Part shown: positions 19,862 through 28,094 of the stretch, in pieces
How the letters are laid out: the number at the start of each line of letters is the position of its first letter
Position numbering within the stretch: the stretch's first letter is position 1
Origin: Capsulimonadales bacterium
GTDB lineage: Bacteria; Armatimonadota; Armatimonadia; Armatimonadales; Armatimonadaceae
Assembly (NCBI GenBank): GCA_033762295.1
Contig: JANRLW010000069.1
Span: forward strand, 96,001 to 160,000
Reading direction: 5' to 3'
Length of the DNA stretch: 64,000 bases
Translations under genes and position numbers: made by a program
The notes under the pieces: model-generated
The model's input: only the letters and a program-made list of their open reading frames with translations
Database searches by the model: none
Told to the model about the DNA's origin: nothing

Positions 19862-21280
19862 TCAGGCGATAATGCGCGGGTGGACTTCGCCGTAGACATC
19901 GGTCAGGCGATAGTTCCGTCCGCCGTACCAGTAGGTCAGGCGTTTGTGGTCCATGCCCATCAGGTGTAATAGGGTCGCGTGAAGATCGTGAATATGCATC
20001 CGGTCGACCTCCGCATAGTAGCCGTAGTCGTCGGTCGCGCCGTACACGAAACCCGGTTTGACCCCGCCGCCTGCCATCCACATCGTGAATCCGTGGGGAT
20101 TATGGTCGCGACCGTCGCCGCCCTGAGCGGTCGGCGTCCGCCCGAACTCGCCGCCCCAGAGGACCAGGGTATCTTTCAGCAGACCACGGGATTTCAGGTC
20201 TTTGAGCAGTCCGGCGATCGGCTTGTCCACCTCTTTCGCGTTGTTGGTATGTCCGTTACGCAGGTCGCCATGCTGGTCCCATTTGTAACTGTGGGAGACC
20301 TGAACGAAACGCACGCCCTTTTCGGAAAAGCGACGGGCGAGCAGGCACTGCCGACCGAAGTTGTCCGTCGGCTTCTCGCCGATCCCGTACAGGTCCAGGG
20401 TCGCCTTGGTTTCTTTGGAAAGGTCCATCAGATCGGGAGCCTCGGTCTGCATTCGAAACGCCAGCTCAAACGCGTTGATCCGGCCTTCCAGTTGCGGATC
20501 GTGGTTGGCTTCTCCGAAGTGCCGCAGCTGTTCCTCATTAACTTCCTTGAGAAAGTCAAGTTGCAGCCGCTCGACGTCGCGCTGCTCCTCGCTGCGAATA
20601 TGCTCGATTGCCGCCTTCTCCGCCGGAATCCCGGCGTTCCCGATCGGCGTTCCCTGATAGGCGGCAGGAAGGAAAGCGGAGGACCAGTTCTGAACGCCGC
20701 CATGCCCGAGGGTCGGACAGATCGTAATGAAACCGGGGAGACTCCGGTTCTCGGTGCCGAGGCCGTAGGTGATCCACGAACCCATGCTCGGGCGAACGAA
20801 CCGGTCGCTGCCCGTATGCAGTTGAAGCAGGGCACCGCCGTGAGCCGTGTTATCGGCGCAGATCGACCGGATCACGCAGAGATCATCGACGCATTTTCCG
20901 ACTTCCGGGAAAAGGTCCGAAACCTCGATTCCGCTCTGGCCGTACTTGCGAAACTCCCACGGCGACCGGAGCAGGTTGCCGGTCTGCGCGAACTGAATCC
21001 GCGGTTTCTTTCCGGGATACGGTTTGCCGTGGTCACGGATCAGGAGCGGTTTCGGGTCAAAGGTATCGACCTGCGACGGGCCACCGTGCATGAACAGGAA
21101 GATGATGCGTTTGGCCTTCGGCGGGAAATGGGGCTTTCTCGGCGCCAGCGGGTTGTCCGCCGCCATCGCCTCCTCGGAAAGCAGCGATGCCAGGGCCAGC
21201 ATACCGAACCCGCTGGCGCAGTCGCTCAACATCTCCCGTCTTGTTCGCGGGCGCAGAAACCGATGGCAGGAATGGCTCAC
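19862..21280 (-). CDS. DUF1501 domain protein with Tat signal
   Basis: TRREML; AKRIIFLFMHGGPSQVDTFDPKP, WDQH, GEFGRTP, GRDHN. Confidence 0.9.
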   Translation of the reverse strand: MSHSCHRFLRPRTRREMLSDCASGFGMLALASLLSEEAMAADNPLAPRKPHFPPKAKRIIFLFMHGGPSQVDTFDPKPLLIRDHGKPYPGKKPRIQFAQTGNLLRSPWEFRKYGQSGIEVSDLFPEVGKCVDDLCVIRSICADNTAHGGALLQLHTGSDRFVRPSMGSWITYGLGTENRSLPGFITICPTLGHGGVQNWSSAFLPAAYQGTPIGNAGIPAEKAAIEHIRSEEQRDVERLQLDFLKEVNEEQLRHFGEANHDPQLEGRINAFELAFRMQTEAPDLMDLSKETKATLDLYGIGEKPTDNFGRQCLLARRFSEKGVRFVQVSHSYKWDQHGDLRNGHTNNAKEVDKPIAGLLKDLKSRGLLKDTLVLWGGEFGRTPTAQGGDGRDHNPHGFTMWMAGGGVKPGFVYGATDDYGYYAEVDRMHIHDLHATLLHLMGMDHKRLTYWYGGRNYRLTDVYGEVHPRIIA

Positions 21281-21305
21281 TTGGTTACTCCTTCGGGAGG
21301 GGACC

Positions 21306-24300
21306 TCAGTCGATGTAACAGAACTCGTTGGTGGCGAACAGCGCCTGGCAGTAGTTTTCCCAGACCCGTTTCCGGCGTTTCTCCGGGTCGGCTTCGTGCG
21401 CCGTCAGGGCGGCGTCGAACCGGGCGAGATAGGTCAGCGAACGCCGTACTTCGGTGGGTGAGGGCGGACGGGAAAGGGCGCGATAATAGGCCTGACGAAC
21501 CCGCGCCTCGTCGGTTGCCGGAGCCTGCGGCGCGTCCGTCAGCGAACCGGCAAACGACCGGGCGGCCTCGCGCGCCAGCGGGCTGTTCAACAGGTAGAGC
21601 GCCTGCGGGGCGACCGTGGTCGAGGAACGACGGGCGTTGACGATGGTGGCGTCACCGAAGTCGAACGCCTGGAAAAAACCGAAGATGGCGTTGCGGATCA
21701 CCGGAAGATACAGGCTGCGGCGAGGCGCGCCGTATTGCGCCTGATCGTTCGACTGGTCGTTGGTGACGTAGTCGTTGTTCGGCGTCGTCAGGAGCGTTCC
21801 CCCCATAGTCATGTCCAGCTTTCCGGCAACATAGAGCAGGGAATCGCGGAACGGTTCGGCTTCCAGGCGGCGGCGATTCATTCGCCAGAGCAGGCGGTTC
21901 GACGGATCGACACGCGCCGCCTTCGCGGCGATCGGCGAGACCGAACTCATCCGGTAGGCCGACGAAAGCATCAGGCGGCGGAGCAGTTTTTTCTGCGACC
22001 AGCCATCCTCATTGACAAAGGTGGAGGCGAGATAGTCCAGAAGCGCAGGATGGCTGGGCTTTTCGCCGGTCAAACCCCAGTTATCGGGGGTGGAAACCAG
22101 CCCCTCGCCGAACAGGTGCTGCCAGGTGCGATTGACGGCGACACGGGCGGTGAGGGGATGTCGGGAATCGGTCAGCCACCGGGCGAAGGCAAGTCGTCCG
22201 CTGGATTTATCGTTGATCGGATCGGCAGGGTTCGGCGGACAGGCGCGGGTCAGCACGACGGGGTACCCGCGCGGCACCATATCGCCGAGCGTCTGGGTAT
22301 CGCCTCGCAGGTGGACCCGGACATCGGCCGGTTTCATCTCCTCCTCGACCGCCATGACGATCGGAATGGCCGGTTCTTTCTTCCGGGCGGCGTCCAGCGT
22401 CTCCTGCGCCTGCTTCAGGGCGGCCCTGGCGGCATCGGAGAAGCGTTCCTCCGGTCGGGTCGGGGGAGCATACAGCGTGTCGTCCGTATGGACGGTCGGC
22501 CGCGCGGCGTCCGGAGTGTCGAAGTCGACCAGACGGGCGGCGAAACGCCGGACGACCTCCGGAATCAGCCCGTCCCGTTTGGCGATGTCCTCCGCCGTGA
22601 GCGGTTTGTCGCCGCCGGCGGGCGGCGCGGTCCGGCGGGGAGCGACCAGCAGCAGACGATGGAAATGGGGGATCGGGCCGTCGAGCCGTTCGATCCGGAT
22701 CGTGTTCTTTCCGGCGACGAAATCGAAGATGCCGACGGGGTCCCAGCGTTGACCCTCCGGCATCCAACTGCCGGTCACGCCACCGGCGGCGTTTTCCCGG
22801 ACGAGTTTTCCGTTGATCAGCAGGCGAACCGGACGAGACTCCTCGGCGGCATAGCGGAGTTCGAACTGGTAACGGCCCGCCGTCGGCACGTCGATGTCCC
22901 ATTCGGCCGTGACCGGTGTCCCGTTGGTGATGATGACACCGATCCCTTTGCCGTAATGATCGGTGTCCCGAGCGGCGTTCCCTCGGACGAACGACGTCGC
23001 CTCGATCGTCTGCCGGGCGGGCAGATCCGGGCGATCCTTCGCCTCGGCCAGCGACAGCAGGATGCCGGGTTGGCGCGCCAGTTCCAGGCCCGCCTTCACG
23101 TAACGGTCGGCGTCCCGGCGCAGTCCGGCGGACAGCTCGGCGTTGCCGTCGGCGCGCGCCTTCTCGACCGCCGCCTGCAGCGGTTTCAGGGAATCGGCGT
23201 GTTTCCGACGCGCCTCCTCCAGTTCCTTCGTCGTCAGCGAACGCTCGTTCCATTCCGAGACGAAGCCGAGATTCTTCATCGTTCGGGTGCTTTTGAAGAT
23301 GCCGGCAAGCGCATAGTAGTCGCGGGTGGAGATCGGATCGAACTTATGGTCGTGGCACCGGGCGCACGCGATCGACAGCCCCATGGTGGCGCGGGCGGTG
23401 ACGTCGATCTGCTCGTCGACGATGTCCATCACCATCTTGGGTTTATCCTGCTCGGCCAGCACCTTGGCGCCGAGAGTCAGAAAACCGGTCGCGGTGAGAC
23501 GTTCGTTACGCAGGTTTTCGTCGTTGCCGCTTTCAAGGAGGTCTCCCGCCAGTTGTTCGCGAAGGAACTGATCGTACGGTTTGTCCTGATTCAGGGCGCG
23601 AACCACCCAGTCGCGGTAACGCCAGGCATAGGCGAAGGCTTTGTTTTCGTCCAGCCCGTTGGAATCGGCGTAGCGGACGACATCGAGCCAGTGCCGTGCC
23701 CAGCGTTCGCCGTACTGCGGGCTGGCGAGAAGTCGGTCCACGACCCTGGCGAACGCGTCCGGGGAGCGGTCGGCGACGAACGACTCGACCTGGGCGGGGG
23801 TCGGCGGCAGTCCGGTCAGGTCGAAATAGGCGCGACGGATCAGGGCGCGTTTGCCGGCGGGCGGCGCCGGGGTCAGCCCTCCGGCTTCGAGCGCGGCAAG
23901 CAAAAAGCGGTCGGTCGGCGACGTCGGCCAGGTGAGGTTTTTCGTCCTCGGCGGCGGAACGCGTTTGACCGGGCGGAACGCCCACCAGGCTCCGGACGGG
24001 GCGGCGGCGGTTTTCTTCGGCGCGGCGGTGGGCCAGGGGGCGCCCATGCGCACCCATTCGGTCAGGACGGCGATCTCCGACGCCGGACGCTTGCCATCCG
24101 GGGGCATTTTGACCTTGCCGTCGTGACGCATCACCCGGACGAGGTGGCTGCTTTCCGGATCGCCGACCACAAGGGTTTTTCGAACGTCCGCCGGGTTATC
24201 CAGCCGGACGCCGCCGGATTGCAGGGACGGGCCGTGACAGGGAACGCACTGGGTCACGAGAACGGGGCGCACCTTCGATTCGAAGAAGGTCGCCTGTTCC

Positions 24301-24425
24301 GCCGTCGCCGTCGGCAGGGCGACGGGAGGCGGCTGGGCAATGCCGAAGGCATTGAAGACAAGGGTTCCCGCCATGGCGAGGATGGCGGCGACTCCGTGGG
24401 ACCCGCGTGTACGTCGGAATGCCAT
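21306..24425 (-). CDS. Planctomycete cytochrome c + DUF1549/DUF1553 protein with an inserted CBM6/CBM35-like domain
   Basis: CVPCH and CARCHDHK; GERWARHWLD; insert TIEATSF...AGRYQFELRYAA...VRLLING...AGKNTIRI. Confidence 0.88.
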   Translation of the reverse strand: MAFRRTRGSHGVAAILAMAGTLVFNAFGIAQPPPVALPTATAEQATFFESKVRPVLVTQCVPCHGPSLQSGGVRLDNPADVRKTLVVGDPESSHLVRVMRHDGKVKMPPDGKRPASEIAVLTEWVRMGAPWPTAAPKKTAAAPSGAWWAFRPVKRVPPPRTKNLTWPTSPTDRFLLAALEAGGLTPAPPAGKRALIRRAYFDLTGLPPTPAQVESFVADRSPDAFARVVDRLLASPQYGERWARHWLDVVRYADSNGLDENKAFAYAWRYRDWVVRALNQDKPYDQFLREQLAGDLLESGNDENLRNERLTATGFLTLGAKVLAEQDKPKMVMDIVDEQIDVTARATMGLSIACARCHDHKFDPISTRDYYALAGIFKSTRTMKNLGFVSEWNERSLTTKELEEARRKHADSLKPLQAAVEKARADGNAELSAGLRRDADRYVKAGLELARQPGILLSLAEAKDRPDLPARQTIEATSFVRGNAARDTDHYGKGIGVIITNGTPVTAEWDIDVPTAGRYQFELRYAAEESRPVRLLINGKLVRENAAGGVTGSWMPEGQRWDPVGIFDFVAGKNTIRIERLDGPIPHFHRLLLVAPRRTAPPAGGDKPLTAEDIAKRDGLIPEVVRRFAARLVDFDTPDAARPTVHTDDTLYAPPTRPEERFSDAARAALKQAQETLDAARKKEPAIPIVMAVEEEMKPADVRVHLRGDTQTLGDMVPRGYPVVLTRACPPNPADPINDKSSGRLAFARWLTDSRHPLTARVAVNRTWQHLFGEGLVSTPDNWGLTGEKPSHPALLDYLASTFVNEDGWSQKKLLRRLMLSSAYRMSSVSPIAAKAARVDPSNRLLWRMNRRRLEAEPFRDSLLYVAGKLDMTMGGTLLTTPNNDYVTNDQSNDQAQYGAPRRSLYLPVIRNAIFGFFQAFDFGDATIVNARRSSTTVAPQALYLLNSPLAREAARSFAGSLTDAPQAPATDEARVRQAYYRALSRPPSPTEVRRSLTYLARFDAALTAHEADPEKRRKRVWENYCQALFATNEFCYID

Positions 24426-24561
24426 CGTTTTCTTGCTTTCCTGCAATTTCCGCGATAATTGCCCTAGTATAACAGGAAATCGGGCACTTGAACACGAAAA
24501 TTTTAACGCTGATTAAGGAATGGTTTCGCCGCGAACGGGCGGAATCGGAGGATCGTACTCG

Positions 24562-25599
24562 ATGAGGAACCTTGCCATGTCGCGCCGAGCGGGACTCACC
24601 TGCATGGCCGCCGTACTGGTGCTGTTTGTGACCGGATGCGGTGAGCAATCCGCCGAGACGGCGTCCGCGACGCCTGCCGCCGGTTCGTCCTCTTCACCCT
24701 CGACGGGCGGGGAAGGGAAGAAACTGACCGTTGCCGTCATTCCGAAGGGGTTGACTCATGTCTTCTGGCAGTCGGTCAAGGCCGGAGCGGAAAAGGCGGG
24801 GGGCGAGATGAACGTCACCGTCGAGTGGCAGGGAGCGCAGAAGGAGACCGATACCGCGGCGCAGATCGGTATCGTGGAGAACGCGATCAACCGTAAGGTG
24901 GATGGCATCGTTCTGGCCCCGCTGGACAAGGCCGCGCTGGCCGGGGTCATCAAAAAGGCGCATTCGACCGATATTCCCCTGACCGTGATCGACTCCGCCG
25001 CCGATGTCGCGGAGTCGGAGTACGTCTCCTTCGTCGCCACCGACAACAAAAAGGGTGGGGAGATGGCCGCCGAACGGCTCGGAAAACTGCTCGACGGCAA
25101 GGGGAAGGTCGCCTTCATTCCGGTACAGCCCAACTCGGCCTCGACGATGGAGCGGGAGGCAGGATTCGAGGAAACAATGAAATCCCGGTTCCCCGCCATC
25201 ACAGTGATCCGGACGAACTACGGAATGAACGACCGGGCCAACTCGCTCAAAGTGACCGAGGACGTCCTGACCGCGAACCCGGACATTGTCGGCATCTTCG
25301 GACCGAACGAACCGGCGATCATCGGCGCGTTGCAGGCGGTCAAGAATCGAAATCTGGTCGGCAAGGTCAAACTGGTCGGCTTCGATTCGACGAAACAGCT
25401 GGAGGATTCGCTGGAAAAGGGCGATATCGATTCGCTGATCGTCCAGAATCCGTTCAAAATGGGATATGAGGGCGTCAGAACGATCGTCGATCTGAAGGCC
25501 GGGAAGACGCCGGAAAAGCGTCTCGACACCGGGGTCAGCCTGATGACGAAGGAGAACATGAATACGCCCGAAATGACCGCGCTGCGTTCGAAAGGATAA
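24562..25599 (+). CDS. Sugar ABC transporter substrate-binding lipoprotein (RbsB-like)
   Basis: Lipobox VTGC; VIPKG..H.FW, VATDN..GG, VGFD, VQNPFKMGY; GGAGG SD. Confidence 0.92.
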   Translation: MRNLAMSRRAGLTCMAAVLVLFVTGCGEQSAETASATPAAGSSSSPSTGGEGKKLTVAVIPKGLTHVFWQSVKAGAEKAGGEMNVTVEWQGAQKETDTAAQIGIVENAINRKVDGIVLAPLDKAALAGVIKKAHSTDIPLTVIDSAADVAESEYVSFVATDNKKGGEMAAERLGKLLDGKGKVAFIPVQPNSASTMEREAGFEETMKSRFPAITVIRTNYGMNDRANSLKVTEDVLTANPDIVGIFGPNEPAIIGALQAVKNRNLVGKVKLVGFDSTKQLEDSLEKGDIDSLIVQNPFKMGYEGVRTIVDLKAGKTPEKRLDTGVSLMTKENMNTPEMTALRSKG

Positions 25600-25603
25600 G
25601 CGG

Positions 25604-27115
25604 TTGTCGGACTCAGCCGGAAACGCTCTCCTGACGATGCAGGGGATCGTCCGATCGTTCGGCGCGGTTCAGGCGTTGCGCGGCGTGAATTTCGAAGTCC
25701 GCCCCGGGGAGATTGTCGTCCTGCTCGGGGAGAACGGGGCGGGGAAATCCACCCTGCTGAAAACGATCACCGGTGTACATCAGCCGGACGCCGGGCGAAT
25801 CGAATGGCAGGGCGCGAACGTCACCCTGGATACCCCGGCGACCGCTCAGCGGCTCGGTATCCGGATGGTCTATCAGGAACTGAACCTCGCCTCCCACCTG
25901 ACCGTCGCCGCCAACATCTGCCTGGGAGACGAACCGGAACGTTTCCCCGGCATTATCGACCATCGGGCGGTACGACAACGCGCGATCGACCTCCTGGCAA
26001 AACATCGGTTCGACCTGGACCCCGATGCGCTCGTCGGCTCCCTCGGTCCGGCGCAACGGCAGATCGTCGAAATCTGCAAGGCGCTCGCCGGCAATGCGAA
26101 ACTGCTGTTGCTCGATGAACCGACGTCCTCCCTGGGCGAACGGGAGATCGAGGAACTGTTCGGGACGCTGCGCGATCTGCGCGGGCGGGGCCTCGGACTG
26201 GTGTATGTCTCTCACCGTCTGCCCGAATGTTTCGCGATCGGCGACCGGATCGTGGTTCTGCGCGACGGGGAAAAGGTCTATGAGTCGGATATTGCCCGAA
26301 CCGATACGGCGACCGTCGTTCGCCGGATGGTCGGCCGCGAACTGGCGGCGTTTTACCCTCGCGACCGTTCGGAACCCGGACCGGTTCGCCTGTCCGTCGA
26401 ACACCTGACCGCTCCGCCCACGCTGAACGACGTGACGTTCTCCGCTCGCGCCGGGGAGGTCGTCGGCATCTTCGGCCTGATGGGGTCGGGGCGTTCGACT
26501 CTCCTTTCGACACTGTTCGGTCTGCGTTCGGGCACGGGGACCGTTCGTACGGACGGTGCGCCGCTTCCGCTGGGAAAAGGCGCGCCGGTAGCGATCCGTC
26601 ACGGATTCGGGTTTATCACGGAGGATCGGAAGCGAACCGGGCTGGCGCTGGGACGGTCGGTCCGGGAAAACCTGACGCTGGCCGCCTTGAACCGCCTGTT
26701 TCCGGGACCGTTCCTGCACCACGGCAGGGACCGAACGGAAGCGGCCGCGATGGTCGAACGGATGGCGGTGAAGACCGCGTCGACGGAAACGCCGGTCGGA
26801 ACGCTCTCCGGCGGAAACCAGCAGAAAGTCGTCATGGGCCGATGGTTCGCGGCAAAGGCGTCCGTACTGCTTCTGGATGAGCCGACACGGGGCGTCGACG
26901 TCGGCAGCAAGGTCGAGATCTACCAGCGGATCAACGAAGCGACCGCCGACGGCGCGACCGTGCTGATGGTGTCCTCCGAACTCCCGGAACTGCTCGGAAT
27001 GAGCGACCGCCTGATCGTTTTGCATCAGGGACGGCTGGTCGCGGACCTGGATCGCGCCGAGGCAACCCCGGAACGACTGCTCCATTTCGCCATGACGGGA
27101 ACCGATATCGTATGA
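25604..27115 (+). CDS. Sugar ABC transporter ATP-binding protein (RbsA-like, two NBDs)
   Basis: GENGAGKST, LLDEPT, LSGGNQQKV, DEPTRGVDVG. Confidence 0.95.
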   Translation: MSDSAGNALLTMQGIVRSFGAVQALRGVNFEVRPGEIVVLLGENGAGKSTLLKTITGVHQPDAGRIEWQGANVTLDTPATAQRLGIRMVYQELNLASHLTVAANICLGDEPERFPGIIDHRAVRQRAIDLLAKHRFDLDPDALVGSLGPAQRQIVEICKALAGNAKLLLLDEPTSSLGEREIEELFGTLRDLRGRGLGLVYVSHRLPECFAIGDRIVVLRDGEKVYESDIARTDTATVVRRMVGRELAAFYPRDRSEPGPVRLSVEHLTAPPTLNDVTFSARAGEVVGIFGLMGSGRSTLLSTLFGLRSGTGTVRTDGAPLPLGKGAPVAIRHGFGFITEDRKRTGLALGRSVRENLTLAALNRLFPGPFLHHGRDRTEAAAMVERMAVKTASTETPVGTLSGGNQQKVVMGRWFAAKASVLLLDEPTRGVDVGSKVEIYQRINEATADGATVLMVSSELPELLGMSDRLIVLHQGRLVADLDRAEATPERLLHFAMTGTDIV

Positions 27116-28044
27116 ACCTGACTCTCGCCAAACGTCTGTTGCCCGCCGCCTCGCTTCTGCTGCTGACGATCTTCTTCGCAGTGAAGTCCCCGACCTTTCT
27201 GACTGTGGAAAATGCCTTCACCCTGGCGAACCAGTATGCTTACCTGCTCATCATCGGGATCGGCGCGACGGTGGTCATCGTCGCCGGAGGGATCGATCTC
27301 TCGGTCGGGTCGGTGCTGGCGTTATCGGGTATCGCCGCCGCGCAGGTCATGGTGCAGCGAGGATGGCCGGTCTGGGCCGGCTGTCTCTGCGGGGTCGGAG
27401 TCGGCGCGGCGATCGGACTGCTGAACGGACTGATTGTCACCCGTCTGCGGGTTCCCGCCTTTATCGCGACACTGGGAACGCTGTTGATCGCCCGGGGGCT
27501 TGCCCTGCGGATCGCAAAGGGCGTGACGATCGATGGTACGCCCGACGGATTTAATCTGCTCGCGAGTGGCCGACCGTTCGGACTGCCCGCGCCGTTGATC
27601 ACGATCGTGCTGGTCGCGGTCCTGGTGGCGTTTCTCCTGAACCAGACAAAATTCGGTAGGTATGTCTATGCGATCGGTTCGAACCCGGAGGCGGCCCGCG
27701 TTTCGGGAATCCGTACCGGTCAGGTGACCCTGCTCGTGTACGTTCTGGGCGGCGCGCTGGCCGGGCTCGCCGGATTGATCGAAACCGCACGGCTCGGTTC
27801 CGGAAATCCGACCGGCGGCAGCGGCTACGAACTCGACGTCGTAACGGCGGTGGTGGTCGGGGGGGCGTCGCTGCAGGGCGGAGAGGGCCGCGTCTCCGGA
27901 ACGATTCTCGGCGCCCTTTTGATCGCGGTTCTGCACAACGGGTCCAACCTCCTCGGCGTCGATCCGTTCGATCAGAATATCTATATCGGTATTCTCATTA
28001 TCGGCGCGGTCGCGTTCGACCAGTTCCTTCGTCGGATGCGCTGA
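27112..28044 (+). CDS. Sugar ABC transporter permease (RbsC-like)
   Basis: GGIDLSVG, FIATLG, GRYVYAIGSN..AARVSGI, YELD..TAVVVGG. Confidence 0.95.
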   Translation: MNLTLAKRLLPAASLLLLTIFFAVKSPTFLTVENAFTLANQYAYLLIIGIGATVVIVAGGIDLSVGSVLALSGIAAAQVMVQRGWPVWAGCLCGVGVGAAIGLLNGLIVTRLRVPAFIATLGTLLIARGLALRIAKGVTIDGTPDGFNLLASGRPFGLPAPLITIVLVAVLVAFLLNQTKFGRYVYAIGSNPEAARVSGIRTGQVTLLVYVLGGALAGLAGLIETARLGSGNPTGGSGYELDVVTAVVVGGASLQGGEGRVSGTILGALLIAVLHNGSNLLGVDPFDQNIYIGILIIGAVAFDQFLRRMR

Positions 28045-28051
28045 AGCCATC

Positions 28052-28085
28052 CCTTGCCCCCGGCGTCGGGTTGCCGGGGGCAAGG
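28052..28085. terminator. GC-rich hairpin between convergent permease and rtcB
   Basis: 13-bp stem ccttgcccccggc/gccgggggcaagg. Confidence 0.6.
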
Positions 28086-28094
28086 CGGCGACCA

